Shown here: positions 35,362 to 45,501 of the stretch, one piece after another
How positions within the stretch are numbered: the stretch's first letter is position 1
How the letters are laid out: each line of letters starts with the position of its first letter
Origin: an uncultured Planctomycetales bacterium
Lineage (GTDB): Bacteria > Omnitrophota > Gorgyraeia > Zapsychrales > Fredricksoniimonadaceae
Direction: 5' to 3'
NCBI GenBank assembly: GCA_964643325.1
Contig: CAZXSE010000007.1
Location: 1-60,137 of the forward strand
DNA: 60,137 bases
Position numbers and translations under genes: made by a program
Notes under the pieces: generated by a model
What the model was told of the DNA's origin: nothing
Databases searched by the model: none
The model's input: only the letters and a program-made list of their open reading frames with translations

Positions 35362-36186
35362 TTATGCAAGATCGATACCAAAAGATGCGGCGTCCGTGCG
35401 TCCCGACGGAGGAATGACGACCAGTTTGATCGTATGCGCGCTGCGCGGTTCGTAAAGGACCCTGAATGACGACCGGGAATGGAATACGGGGCTCGCAAGG
35501 ACCTGGCGCATCTTCACCAGAAGATGCCGGCGCGCATAGGCGCTGCTTCCTTCCTTGATGAGCACTGCCGCCTGCACTTCGTCCACCAGGATCTCTTCGC
35601 CGAGCCAACCCTGACGGGCCTGTGGTTCATTCTGCACAACGATCCTGATGCCCGCTGTCTGCGGCGCGTCAGACTTCTGGCTCTCAAGTTTCGTGACCAA
35701 CTGCTCGAGCGTCCGGCACACGGCCTTCCACGCCGCCGACGCGACAGCAAATGTCCCCGCATGTTTGATCCCGGGAAGAGCCGCCTTCAGGGGGAACCAC
35801 AATTTCCATGCCCGCAGGATGCTTTCCCAAACGGGCGCTAATGAAGGGTCTGCCTGAACGGCGCGGCGCATGATATTGCTCAGTTCAACACGCAGATCAT
35901 AGGGGATATCCTTAACGAACTTTGCTTCCAGCGGCGAAGAAAGGTCCTTGGGGTCATGATGCCCGACGTGAAGGACCATGCCGTCGCTGCGGACAATGAC
36001 ACCATTGGCGCTGCCCGGCACCTGCGCGGGAATGGCAAGCCCGCGCCTGATGGTGATCTCGACGGGATCAAGGCCGTGCTCCATGGCCGACGGCAGGCTC
36101 AATGAAACGGCATGATCGTTCAGGACGCGCGGCAAATGATCGACATCAAGAAAACCGAACTCGCGCATCCTGTGTTGCAGTGTCAT
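35362..36186 (-). CDS. Hypothetical protein
   Basis: Long ORF filling the gap on the operon strand; no motif recognised; start uncertain. Confidence 0.5.
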   Translation of the reverse strand: MTLQHRMREFGFLDVDHLPRVLNDHAVSLSLPSAMEHGLDPVEITIRRGLAIPAQVPGSANGVIVRSDGMVLHVGHHDPKDLSSPLEAKFVKDIPYDLRVELSNIMRRAVQADPSLAPVWESILRAWKLWFPLKAALPGIKHAGTFAVASAAWKAVCRTLEQLVTKLESQKSDAPQTAGIRIVVQNEPQARQGWLGEEILVDEVQAAVLIKEGSSAYARRHLLVKMRQVLASPVFHSRSSFRVLYEPRSAHTIKLVVIPPSGRTDAASFGIDLA

Positions 36187-36228
36187 GCCCCTCCCCCTGC
36201 CCCCTCCCACGCTTCGCGGGGAGGGGGG
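36187..36228. repeat. C-rich palindromic REP-like element, copy 1
   Basis: GCCCCTCCCCCTGCCCCCTCCCACGCTTCGCGGGGAGGGGG; differs at 2 positions from 47381-47421. Confidence 0.85.
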
Positions 36229-36288
36229 TCTATCTGTCCCCTTCCTTATTTTATGAGAAAGGAGATCTATTTATTCCATCTCTCGTTT

Positions 36289-37482
36289 CTATGATTCCAT
36301 AACCTGCGCCGCATCCGAGCGACGGGCGTGATACTGGTAATAATTCACTTCAATGGTGCCATTAAAGAGTTTTCTGACCTTATCAGGCCGGGCGCGCTTG
36401 AAGAAATCCGGGAACCTATCGTCGGCAGTGATCACATAAAGCGCCCAGCCCAACTTGTTCTTGAACATGTGGTGGATCATCACATAGATCGGCGTTAATT
36501 CCTTGAGACTGCCGAGCTTGATACCGTAAGGCGGATTCGATATCAGAACTCCGGCGGGCTCGCTGATCCACAAGTCCTTGAGGTCTTTGTGTTCAAAGAT
36601 AATATCTCCAGCAACCCCGGCTTTCTTCGCGTTGGCCTGAGAATCCTTGATGCGCTCGGGATCAATGTCATAACCGCGCATCTTCAGATCTCCGCCGGGA
36701 AGAATGGCCGCGCGGGCCGCGGCGCGGGCCTCATCCCACGCTTTTCGGCCGATCTGCGGCCATGTTTCAGAAGCAAAAGAACGGCTCAACCCCGGAGCGA
36801 TACGGCGCGCGATCATGGCTGCCTCAATGAGGATCGTGCCAGACCCGCACATCGGGTCCATTAAAAGCTGATCCTTGTCCCAGGAGCTGAGCATGACCAG
36901 GGCCGCGGCCAGGTTCTCCCTGAGCGGCACATCGCCCTGCCCCACGCGATACCCGCGCTTGTGCAGGCCGCCGCCGGAAGTGTCCATAGTGAGCCGCGCC
37001 ACATCCTTGAGCATGGCTATTTGGATGACGCGCTCCGGGCCTGTCTCGGGAAGCTCGTCAGTATGAAGCTTCTCCTTAAGGCGCTCGATGATGGCTTTCT
37101 TGACGATGGACTGGCAGGAGCGCACGCTCTGCAGGATGGACTTGACGGACTTTCCGACGACAGTGATCCTGGCGTCAGCGGGGATCCACTCTTCCCAGGG
37201 CAAAACGCGTGTCTGATCGAAGAGCTTGCCGAAATCATCCGCCGGAAAGTCAGCTACTTTAAGAAGGACCCGGTCCGCGGCCCGCAGCCATATATTCAGA
37301 CGCGGAACATCCTCCCAGGATGCCTGGACCTCGATCCTTCCGTCGGTAACAATGAACTCGTGAAAACCAAGGGCCTTGAGCTCGCCCTTGATGACGGCCT
37401 CCAGGCCGAAGGTGGATGTGACGATAAGTTTGATCCTTGCGGCCCCCGGGATCGCGGGGCGTTCCTGGGCATTGCCGATCAT
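36289..37482 (-). CDS. THUMP-domain RNA methyltransferase (RlmL/YpsC-like)
   Basis: FGLEAV, LHKRGYR, PLRENLAAA, DPMCGSGT, SNPPYG; start ATG 37482. Confidence 0.9.
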   Translation of the reverse strand: MIGNAQERPAIPGAARIKLIVTSTFGLEAVIKGELKALGFHEFIVTDGRIEVQASWEDVPRLNIWLRAADRVLLKVADFPADDFGKLFDQTRVLPWEEWIPADARITVVGKSVKSILQSVRSCQSIVKKAIIERLKEKLHTDELPETGPERVIQIAMLKDVARLTMDTSGGGLHKRGYRVGQGDVPLRENLAAALVMLSSWDKDQLLMDPMCGSGTILIEAAMIARRIAPGLSRSFASETWPQIGRKAWDEARAAARAAILPGGDLKMRGYDIDPERIKDSQANAKKAGVAGDIIFEHKDLKDLWISEPAGVLISNPPYGIKLGSLKELTPIYVMIHHMFKNKLGWALYVITADDRFPDFFKRARPDKVRKLFNGTIEVNYYQYHARRSDAAQVMES

Positions 37483-38348
37483 GGAACAAGGGCCCCGGCG
37501 GACTGAATGACCATCCCCGCGGCAATGCTGACGCCCGTCAATACCCCGAGCATCATGGCCGTATCCTGCCACGGCCTGTTCTCGCGAACAAGGAGCAGCA
37601 ATCCCAACCCGGCCCCGGCGCAAAGGCCGGAGACCAGCGAGCCGAACGTGAGCGTCCCGGCGGCAAAAAGGTCCGCCAAAAGAACTGACGCGAAACAATT
37701 AGGAATAAGCCCGACCAGGACCGCCAGCAAAGGCTGGAATATCGTGCCCTGTAAAAGGAATGCGCCGATCCTGTCCTCGCCGATGCCCGCAACAGCCAGG
37801 TTCATCATGAATGTCAGGATGAACAGGAAGGCAAAGATCTTGATGGTATGCCAGAAAGGATGCCAAAGAAGCGCCCTGGCCCATGACCTGACGCCGGAGA
37901 CATCATGCGCACAGCAGCCGCAGCGGGATTTCGACGGGATATTCCCGTTATCCGCGACCCTGCGTCGCAACAAAAGATCGAGCATGACGCCTGCGACGAT
38001 CGCGATCACGACCTTGAGCGTCAGCAATTTTGCGACCATGGGCCCCTGTTCGGGCATGGACAACAGGACCGGTATCGCCTCATCAGAAGTGGAAATGAAC
38101 ACGGCAAGGAGAGTGCCGGGAGAGATCAAGCGCCGGATATACAAGGCTGCCGCAACGACGGAAAAACCGCACTGCGGGATACATCCGAGCAAAGCTCCGG
38201 CCGCCGGAGCCATAACGCCAAAACGCGTCAGGAACACGCCCATCCCGTCGCCAAAACGGTACTCCAGGAAGGCTACCAGGACATAAACGCCCGCCAAAAG
38301 CGGAACAAGTCTCCCGGTATCAAGCAGCGCATCCATGAACTGTTCCAT
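37479..38348 (-). CDS. Putative manganese/heavy-metal transporter (DUF2899-like)
   Basis: LGCIPQCGFSVV, ISTSDEAIP, GLIPNCFAS, GLCAGAGLGL. Confidence 0.8.
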   Translation of the reverse strand: MEQFMDALLDTGRLVPLLAGVYVLVAFLEYRFGDGMGVFLTRFGVMAPAAGALLGCIPQCGFSVVAAALYIRRLISPGTLLAVFISTSDEAIPVLLSMPEQGPMVAKLLTLKVVIAIVAGVMLDLLLRRRVADNGNIPSKSRCGCCAHDVSGVRSWARALLWHPFWHTIKIFAFLFILTFMMNLAVAGIGEDRIGAFLLQGTIFQPLLAVLVGLIPNCFASVLLADLFAAGTLTFGSLVSGLCAGAGLGLLLLVRENRPWQDTAMMLGVLTGVSIAAGMVIQSAGALVP

Positions 38349-38368
38349 GACGCAGCCTCGTCAATAGT

Positions 38369-38986
38369 TCAATAATTCTTTGCCCGAAGCTCGAACACCG
38401 CGCGCGGGTGCTGGCATGACGGGCACGCGCTCGGCGCCTGCTTGCCCGTATGAACATGCCCGCACTCACGGCATACCCACACCACCGCTTCGTCACGGGC
38501 AAAGACCTTGCCGTCTTTCACATTCTCCGCCAACTGACGATAACGCTCGGAATGTTCCTGCTCGATCTTCGCGATCATGCGGAACTGATTGGCGATCTTA
38601 ATGAACCCTTCTTTTTCCGCGACCTCGGCGAATTGCGGATACAGCAGAGAAAACTCTTCATGCTCGCCTTCCGCTGCGGCTACCAGGTTCGCGTGCGTAT
38701 CGCTGACCTTCCCCGCCGGATAACCCGCCGTGATCTCAACAGCGCCGCCCTCAAGGAACGCAAAGAATATATCGGCGTGATGTTTTTCATTATGCGCGGT
38801 CTCTTCGAAAATGGCCGCGATCTGCTCAAACCCGTCCTCACGCGCGGCGCGCGCGAACATGTCATAACGGTTGCGCGCCTGGGACTCGCCCGCAAAAGCT
38901 TTCAGGAGATTCTTCTCGGTGGCTGTGCCCTTGATGGATTTTCCGCCTTTATATCCGACGAATCTCTCTCTTAATTCCTTTTTCAT
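38369..38986 (-). CDS. rbr: Rubrerythrin
   Basis: NLLKAFAGESQARNRY, EKHH, EHEE, EQEH, WVCRECG...CPSC. Confidence 0.95.
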   Translation of the reverse strand: MKKELRERFVGYKGGKSIKGTATEKNLLKAFAGESQARNRYDMFARAAREDGFEQIAAIFEETAHNEKHHADIFFAFLEGGAVEITAGYPAGKVSDTHANLVAAAEGEHEEFSLLYPQFAEVAEKEGFIKIANQFRMIAKIEQEHSERYRQLAENVKDGKVFARDEAVVWVCRECGHVHTGKQAPSACPSCQHPRAVFELRAKNY

Positions 38987-39003
38987 GACAACCTCCCGTG
39001 ATC

Positions 39004-40776
39004 TTAACTGTTAAGCCCTTTTGCCAAAGCTTCGTATTCCTTGCGGATCTCCGTCGGCAAATGCGCCCCGAACCCGGCCAGGAACTTCTCGATATCCGTC
39101 AGTTCATTCTTCCATTCAGCAGGCTTGATCTCGAAAAGTTTTGCCATCTTCTCATGCGGGATATTCAAACCCGTCATGTCCAGGTCCTTGATCTCAGGCA
39201 ACAGGCCGATGGGCGTTTCCTTGGCGCCGGCCTTGCCGTTGACGCGGGCAATGATCCATTTGAGCACGCGGATATTATCGCCGAACCCGGGCCAAATGAA
39301 CTTGCCTTCTTCATCCGTTCTGAACCAGTTGACCGAAAAGATCTTCGGCGGCTTCGTCAGCTTCTTGCCGATATTAAGCCAGTGCGCCAGATAATCGCCC
39401 ATGTTGTACCCGCAGAACGGCAGCATGGCCATCGGATCCCGCCGGAGTACGCCTTCCTGATGTGCGGCCGCCGCGGTGGTCTCGGAACCGAGCCGCGCCG
39501 CCGTAAAAACGCCATTAGCCCAGCTTTTGGATTCACACACCAGCGGGATCAGTTTCGTCCTCTTGCCGCCGACGATGATCGCGGATATCGGCACACCTCT
39601 GGGATTGTCATACTCTTTAGAAAGTGTCGGCGCGTTCTTGGCCGATACGGTAAAACGCGAATTCGCGTGCGCAGCCTTGGTCCCCTTGGACTTATCCCAC
39701 GGCACACCCTGCCAGTCGTAAAGGTTCGCCGGAACAGCGCCGTCAAGCCCCTCCCACCAGGGCTCGTTCGTATCCTTATCAAGCGCCACATTGGTGAACA
39801 GTGTGGGATAGAATTTCCCCGCCTTGAGCGTTCTCATCATGTTCGGATTGGTCTTCATCGCGGTCCCCGGCGCAACACCGAAGAACCCGGCCTCGGGGTT
39901 GATCGCCCACAAACGCCCGTCGGGCCCGGGATTAAGCCACGCGATATCATCGCCGAGCGTCCATACCTTGTAGCCCGGCAACGCGGATTCCAGCATGGCC
40001 AGATTGGTCTTGCCGCACGCCGACGGCAGGGCCACGGCCATGTACGTAATATGACCCTGAGGGTCCTCGACGCCCATGATGACCATGTGCTCAGCGAGCC
40101 AGCCTTCTTTCTGCCCCAGGCAGGAAGCGATGCGCAGCGCAACGCACTTCTTCCCTAAAAGAGCATTCCCGCCGTAACCGGAGCCGACGCTCCAGACAAA
40201 GCTCTCCTGCGGAAAATGCATGATAAAACGGCGGTTCGGATCAAGATCGCCGATGGAATGCAGGCCTTTAACAAACTTATCGCTGTTGCCGATCTTGTCT
40301 TTCACGGCCTTGCTCATATGCGTCATGATGCGGGTGCTCACCACAACATAGACGCTGTCCGTCACCTGAACGCATGCCTTGGCATACGGCGAATCAGGAT
40401 GGCCCATCATGTAGGTCATGACATACATGGTCCGGCCCTTCATGCAACCGTCCGTCAAAAGGCGCATTTTTTCCTTGGCCTCATCAGGCGCCATCCAATT
40501 GTTATTAGGCCCGGCGGTATCCTTGTCAGGATGACAGACGAACGTCAACTGTTCCGTACGCGCCACATCCGTCGGATGGCTGCGGTGCAGGTACGCGTCC
40601 GGCCAGTTCTTGTGGGACAACGGCGCAAAGACCTGGCAATTATTGATCTTCTCTTCCTTGATGCCGACCTCGATCAGGCGGCGCGACTCTTCTTCAGACC
40701 CGTCGCACCAGTAAACCCTGTCCGGCTTTGTCAGTTGAGCCACTTCTTCAACCCATTGTTCGAGCGGTGTCGCCAT
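39004..40776 (-). CDS. pckG: Phosphoenolpyruvate carboxykinase (GTP)
   Basis: GSGYGGNALLGKKC, PSACGKTNLAM, GDDIAW, NPEAGFFGVAPG, HANSRF. Confidence 0.96.
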   Translation of the reverse strand: MATPLEQWVEEVAQLTKPDRVYWCDGSEEESRRLIEVGIKEEKINNCQVFAPLSHKNWPDAYLHRSHPTDVARTEQLTFVCHPDKDTAGPNNNWMAPDEAKEKMRLLTDGCMKGRTMYVMTYMMGHPDSPYAKACVQVTDSVYVVVSTRIMTHMSKAVKDKIGNSDKFVKGLHSIGDLDPNRRFIMHFPQESFVWSVGSGYGGNALLGKKCVALRIASCLGQKEGWLAEHMVIMGVEDPQGHITYMAVALPSACGKTNLAMLESALPGYKVWTLGDDIAWLNPGPDGRLWAINPEAGFFGVAPGTAMKTNPNMMRTLKAGKFYPTLFTNVALDKDTNEPWWEGLDGAVPANLYDWQGVPWDKSKGTKAAHANSRFTVSAKNAPTLSKEYDNPRGVPISAIIVGGKRTKLIPLVCESKSWANGVFTAARLGSETTAAAAHQEGVLRRDPMAMLPFCGYNMGDYLAHWLNIGKKLTKPPKIFSVNWFRTDEEGKFIWPGFGDNIRVLKWIIARVNGKAGAKETPIGLLPEIKDLDMTGLNIPHEKMAKLFEIKPAEWKNELTDIEKFLAGFGAHLPTEIRKEYEALAKGLNS

Positions 40777-40815
40777 GGAACATCCCCTTTGTTGAGTTCA
40801 TGATCCCTGTTGTTA

Positions 40816-42246
40816 TTAAGCGTGTCCCTTTTTCCCGGGCAATATACCTTCCGGCGCCTGTCCTGTCCAGCAATACAGGCAAAGTTTTTCCTTCGGCAAT
40901 CCGATCGCGGCGATCATGTCCTCGATCGTCTGGTACCGCAGGGTCGTTACGTCCATATCCTTCTGGATCCACGCGATCATCTTTTTATATTTCGGTGAAG
41001 AGCTGTCCAGATACGCGCTGATATCCTCAATGTCTTTGCCCTCGATCTCGCGGATCGCCTTGCGGGCGATGAGCTCTCCGGTAGTTCGCGTTGACAGGCA
41101 AAAGCGGCACGGGAACAACAGCGGCGGGCACGCCGGGCGGACATGCACCTCTTTGGCGCCCGCATCCCACAACTTCTTGACCGTAAAATTCTTCAACTGC
41201 GTGCCGCGCACGATGGAATCATCGCACACCACGATCCGCTGCCCCTTGATGATATCCTTATTGGGCACCAGTTTCATGGTCGCGATCAGGTTCCGCTTGG
41301 TCTGGTCAGGCGGCGTATAGCTGCGGCCGTAACCCGGCGTGTACTTGATCAGCGGCCTGCGGTGCGGCAGTTTCGCCTCCATGCCGTAACCGATCGCGTG
41401 CGATGTCCCCGAATCCGGAACGCCCGCGACATAATCCGCCTTGATGTCCTTATCCTTGCGGGCCAGCGCCTGGCCGCAGCGTTCGCGCGTCATCTCAACA
41501 TTGATGCCTTCATAATCCGACGACGGGAACCCCGTGTAGATCCACAGGAACGAACAGACCTGCATCACATCCTTCCCGGGATCCTTGACCACCGGGCCGT
41601 CCTCGTTAATAAGAATGATCTCGCCGGGCTTAAGGAATCTCTCGACCGTGAACCCCAAATTGGGCAAAGGACTGCTTTCCGTGGCCACCGCGTAAGCGTC
41701 TTTCTTGCGGCCCAGAACGAGCGGCGTATATCCGAAGCGGTCGCGCGCGGCATAAACGCCGTCTTTGGTCAGGACCAGCACCGAGCAGGACCCTTCGATG
41801 GCCGCGAACATCTTTTGTATGCCATCGACGACATTCTTCCCGTGGCTGATCAACCGGCCCACCAGCTCGATCTGGTTCACGCCGTCGCGGCACAGTTCCG
41901 TGAAACAATCGCCCTCGCTGAACATCCGCTCAACAAGCTGCTGTTTGTTATCGATCAATCCGGCCATGACCAGGCAGAAAGGCCCGAACGCGCAATCCAC
42001 ATAGATCGGTTGTTCGTCGCTGTCGCTGATAACGCCGATGCCCTTATTGCCCTTCATCTGCCGGTAATCGTCGAAGAACTTTGATTTGAACTGACTCTGG
42101 GCAATGCTGTGGATCTGCCGGCTGAACGAATCCCCGAAGACCGCCATCCCGCCGTACTCCGTCCCCAGATGCGAATGATAATCCACTCCATAAAAAAGCG
42201 TTGATACGCAATCGCCCCGGGACACTGTTCCAAATAAACCGCTCAT
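40816..42246 (-). CDS. purF: Amidophosphoribosyltransferase-like protein with Ser instead of the catalytic N-terminal Cys
   Basis: PRPP motif VVCDDSIVRGT, VPDSG, Fe-S cysteines; N-terminus MSGLFG. Confidence 0.85.
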   Translation of the reverse strand: MSGLFGTVSRGDCVSTLFYGVDYHSHLGTEYGGMAVFGDSFSRQIHSIAQSQFKSKFFDDYRQMKGNKGIGVISDSDEQPIYVDCAFGPFCLVMAGLIDNKQQLVERMFSEGDCFTELCRDGVNQIELVGRLISHGKNVVDGIQKMFAAIEGSCSVLVLTKDGVYAARDRFGYTPLVLGRKKDAYAVATESSPLPNLGFTVERFLKPGEIILINEDGPVVKDPGKDVMQVCSFLWIYTGFPSSDYEGINVEMTRERCGQALARKDKDIKADYVAGVPDSGTSHAIGYGMEAKLPHRRPLIKYTPGYGRSYTPPDQTKRNLIATMKLVPNKDIIKGQRIVVCDDSIVRGTQLKNFTVKKLWDAGAKEVHVRPACPPLLFPCRFCLSTRTTGELIARKAIREIEGKDIEDISAYLDSSSPKYKKMIAWIQKDMDVTTLRYQTIEDMIAAIGLPKEKLCLYCWTGQAPEGILPGKKGHA

Positions 42247-42261
42247 GAGCTCTCCTGCCTG

Positions 42262-45200
42262 TTATGACAATGTTATGCTCTGATGATATTCCTGCAGCGC
42301 CTTGACCGCGCACGCGCCCTTTTTCATGGCCGCAATACCTTCGACGGTCGCCAGCGCGGCCGCCATGGAGGTCACATAAGGGACCTTCTTCTGGATCGCC
42401 AGCATGCGGATATAACTATCGTCATGCTGGCCGGCCTTCCCGACGGGCGTGTTGATGATCAGGTGCAACTCCTTGTTCTTGATCGCGTCCTCCAGGTTCG
42501 GGCGGGCCTCGTAGAGTTTCCTGCTGAGCGCGCAGGCCACTTTTTTCTCCTGCAGGAACCGGGCCGTGCCTTCGGTCGCGTGCAGCGCAAAGCCCAGTTC
42601 AGCCAGTTTTTTGGCAAGGGGCAAGAGCGCTGCCTTGTCATGGTCCGCCACGGTCAAAAGGACATTCCCCTCGAGCGGAAGCTTCGCGCCCGCCGCCTCC
42701 TGCGACTTATAGAACGCCAGGCCAAAAGTATCCGCCAGGCCCATGACCTCGCCGGTGGCGCGCATCTCAGGGCCCAGCAGCGGATCAACCTCAGGGAACA
42801 TATTGAACGGGAACACCGCTTCCTTGACGCCGAAATAACCGAATTTCCGGACCTTTGCAAGTTCCGGAAAATCGCCCAATTTCTTGCCCAGCATGAGCTC
42901 AGTGGCAATGCGCGCCAGCGACACATTCACCACTTTCGCCACGATCGGCACGGTGCGCGACGCGCGCGGGTTAGCCTCCAGGATATAGACCTTATCCTGG
43001 CAGATCGCGAACTGGATATTGATAAGCCCCACGACCCCGAGCTCGGCAGCGATCGCCGTGGTGTATGCCGTGATGGTCTTTAAATGCTCGGGTTTGATGG
43101 TTCTCGACGGAATGGAGCACGCGGAATCTCCGGAATGAACGCCCGCCAGCTCGATATGTTCCATGATCGACGCCACGAACGTATCTTTCCCGTCGCATAA
43201 AGCATCGACCTCGGTCTCGGTCGCGTTATCCAGGAACCGGTCAATGAGCATCGGATGCTCGGGGCTGACCTTGATGGCCTCGAGCGCGTAACGCTTGAGG
43301 GAAACATCATCATAAATGATCTCCATGCCGCGGCCGCCCAGCACATACGACGGACGGACCATGAGAGGATACCCGATCGAACCGGCGATCGCCTGCGCCT
43401 CTTCCCACGCGCGCGCCGTCCCGCTTTCCGGCTGAGGGATCCCCAGCTTGATCATCTTCTCGCGGAACCGTTCGCGGTCTTCCGCGAAATGGATGCTCTC
43501 CGGCGTCGTGCCAATGACCTTGACGCCGTTATCTTTCAATTCCTGCGCGATGTTGAGCGGCGTCTGGCCGCCGAATTGCACGATCACGCCCTCGGGCTTC
43601 TCCTTCTCGTAGATCGCCAGCACATCCTCGACCGTCAGCGGCTCGAAATACAATTTGTTGGACGTGTCATAATCCGTTGACACGGTCTCGGGATTGCAAT
43701 TGATCATGATCGAATCATACCCGGCGTCGCGCAGGGCAAAGGCCGCGTGCACGCAGGTGTAATCAAATTCAATGCCCTGGCCGATACGGTTGGGCCCGCC
43801 GCCAAGGATCATGATCTTCCTGTTCGCGGACACCGACACCTCGTCCTTGCCTTTGCTGTAAGTCGAATAGTAGTACGCCGCATTCTTGACCCCGCTGACC
43901 GGCACGGCCTCGAAACGGCTGTTACCGATCACTGCCTTGCGGCGCTCGCGCAGGTCCTTCTCGCTGACTTTCAAAAGCCCGGCGAGATACCTGTCGGAGA
44001 AACCCCACTCCTTGGCCTGCTTCAGCTGTGCGTCCGTCAAAGCCTGCCAGCCCTGCTTGATGATGACTTCTTCAAGATCGACCAGCTCCTTCATCTCATT
44101 GATGAACCAGCGGCCGATATGCGTCATGGCAAAAAGCTCATCCACGCTCATGCCCTGCCGCAGGGCCTCGTACATGAGGAATATCCGTTCACTCGTCGGA
44201 GAAACCAGCCGCTTCTTGATCTCATCCAGGGATAACAACTTAAAATCCTTTGCGCCGCCCAGGCCGTAACGGCTGATCTCCAGCGAACGGATGGCCTTCT
44301 GGAACGCCTCTTTAAAAGTCTTGCCGATGCTCATGACCTCGCCAACAGCCTTCATCTGCGTTCCCAGGATATCTTTGGCTTGCGGGAACTTCTCGAACGC
44401 CCAGCGCGCGAACTTGACGACCACGTAATCGCCGCTCGGGGCATATTTTTCAAGCGTTCCGGCGCGCCAGTACGGGATCTCGTCCATCGTCAACCCCGCC
44501 GCCAATTTCGTCGAAATGCGCGCGATCGGGAACCCTGTAGCTTTAGACGCCAGCGCCGACGAGCGCGATGTGCGCGGATTGATCTCGATGATGACCACGC
44601 GGCCGGTCTTGGGATCATGCGCGAACTGCACATTGGTCCCGCCGATCACGCCGATCGCGTCGGCAATGCGGTAAGAATATTCCTGTAATTTTTGCTGCAG
44701 GGCAGGCGCCACGGTCAGCATCGGCGCCACACAAAAACTGTCGCCGGTATGCACGCCCATGGGATCCACATTCTCGATGAAACACACCGTGATCTTCTGG
44801 CCTTTGGCGTCGCGCACGACCTCGAGCTCCAGCTCTTCCCAGCCCAGCACCGATTCCTCGACCAGGACCTGATGCACGATGCTGGCCGCGAGCCCGCGGG
44901 TAACGATCGTGCGAAGTTCCTCGACATTATAAGCGATCCCGCCGCCTGTCCCGCCCATCGTGTACGCCGGGCGAAGAACGACCGGATAATGGAGCTTCTC
45001 CGCGATCTTTTCCGCTTCCTCGACGGAATAGCACGGCTCTGATAACGGCAGGTCGATGCCGATCTTTTTCATGGTCTCCTTGAAAATGATACGGTCCTCG
45101 CCGCGCTCGATCGCATCCATGTTAACGCCGATGACCTGCACATTGTACTTGGCCAGGATCCCCGCCTTGTACAGCCCGGTCGAAAGATTGAGCCCCGTCT

Positions 45201-45477
45201 GCCCGCCCAGATTCGGCAACAACGCGTCCGGCCGCTCCTTGGCGATGATGCGCTCCAGGAACTCGATGGTCAGCGGTTCGATATAAGTCCTGTCCGCCAT
45301 GCCAGGATCGGTCATGATCGTCGCGGGATTGGAATTGACCAGGACGATCTCGTAACCTTCTTCCCGAAGGGCCTTGCACGCCTGGGTGCCGGAATAATCG
45401 AATTCGCACGCCTGGCCAATGATGATCGGGCCGGAACCAATGATCAGGATCTTTTTAATATCGTTGCGTCTGGGCAT
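42262..45477 (-). CDS. carB: Carbamoyl-phosphate synthase large subunit
   Basis: GSGPIIIGQACEFDYSG, NPRTSRSSALASKATG, GPNRIGQGIEFDY, MGS domain. Confidence 0.98.
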   Translation of the reverse strand: MPRRNDIKKILIIGSGPIIIGQACEFDYSGTQACKALREEGYEIVLVNSNPATIMTDPGMADRTYIEPLTIEFLERIIAKERPDALLPNLGGQTGLNLSTGLYKAGILAKYNVQVIGVNMDAIERGEDRIIFKETMKKIGIDLPLSEPCYSVEEAEKIAEKLHYPVVLRPAYTMGGTGGGIAYNVEELRTIVTRGLAASIVHQVLVEESVLGWEELELEVVRDAKGQKITVCFIENVDPMGVHTGDSFCVAPMLTVAPALQQKLQEYSYRIADAIGVIGGTNVQFAHDPKTGRVVIIEINPRTSRSSALASKATGFPIARISTKLAAGLTMDEIPYWRAGTLEKYAPSGDYVVVKFARWAFEKFPQAKDILGTQMKAVGEVMSIGKTFKEAFQKAIRSLEISRYGLGGAKDFKLLSLDEIKKRLVSPTSERIFLMYEALRQGMSVDELFAMTHIGRWFINEMKELVDLEEVIIKQGWQALTDAQLKQAKEWGFSDRYLAGLLKVSEKDLRERRKAVIGNSRFEAVPVSGVKNAAYYYSTYSKGKDEVSVSANRKIMILGGGPNRIGQGIEFDYTCVHAAFALRDAGYDSIMINCNPETVSTDYDTSNKLYFEPLTVEDVLAIYEKEKPEGVIVQFGGQTPLNIAQELKDNGVKVIGTTPESIHFAEDRERFREKMIKLGIPQPESGTARAWEEAQAIAGSIGYPLMVRPSYVLGGRGMEIIYDDVSLKRYALEAIKVSPEHPMLIDRFLDNATETEVDALCDGKDTFVASIMEHIELAGVHSGDSACSIPSRTIKPEHLKTITAYTTAIAAELGVVGLINIQFAICQDKVYILEANPRASRTVPIVAKVVNVSLARIATELMLGKKLGDFPELAKVRKFGYFGVKEAVFPFNMFPEVDPLLGPEMRATGEVMGLADTFGLAFYKSQEAAGAKLPLEGNVLLTVADHDKAALLPLAKKLAELGFALHATEGTARFLQEKKVACALSRKLYEARPNLEDAIKNKELHLIINTPVGKAGQHDDSYIRMLAIQKKVPYVTSMAAALATVEGIAAMKKGACAVKALQEYHQSITLS

Positions 45478-45501
45478 AACAGAAATTCTCCTTTGGCGGT
45501 A

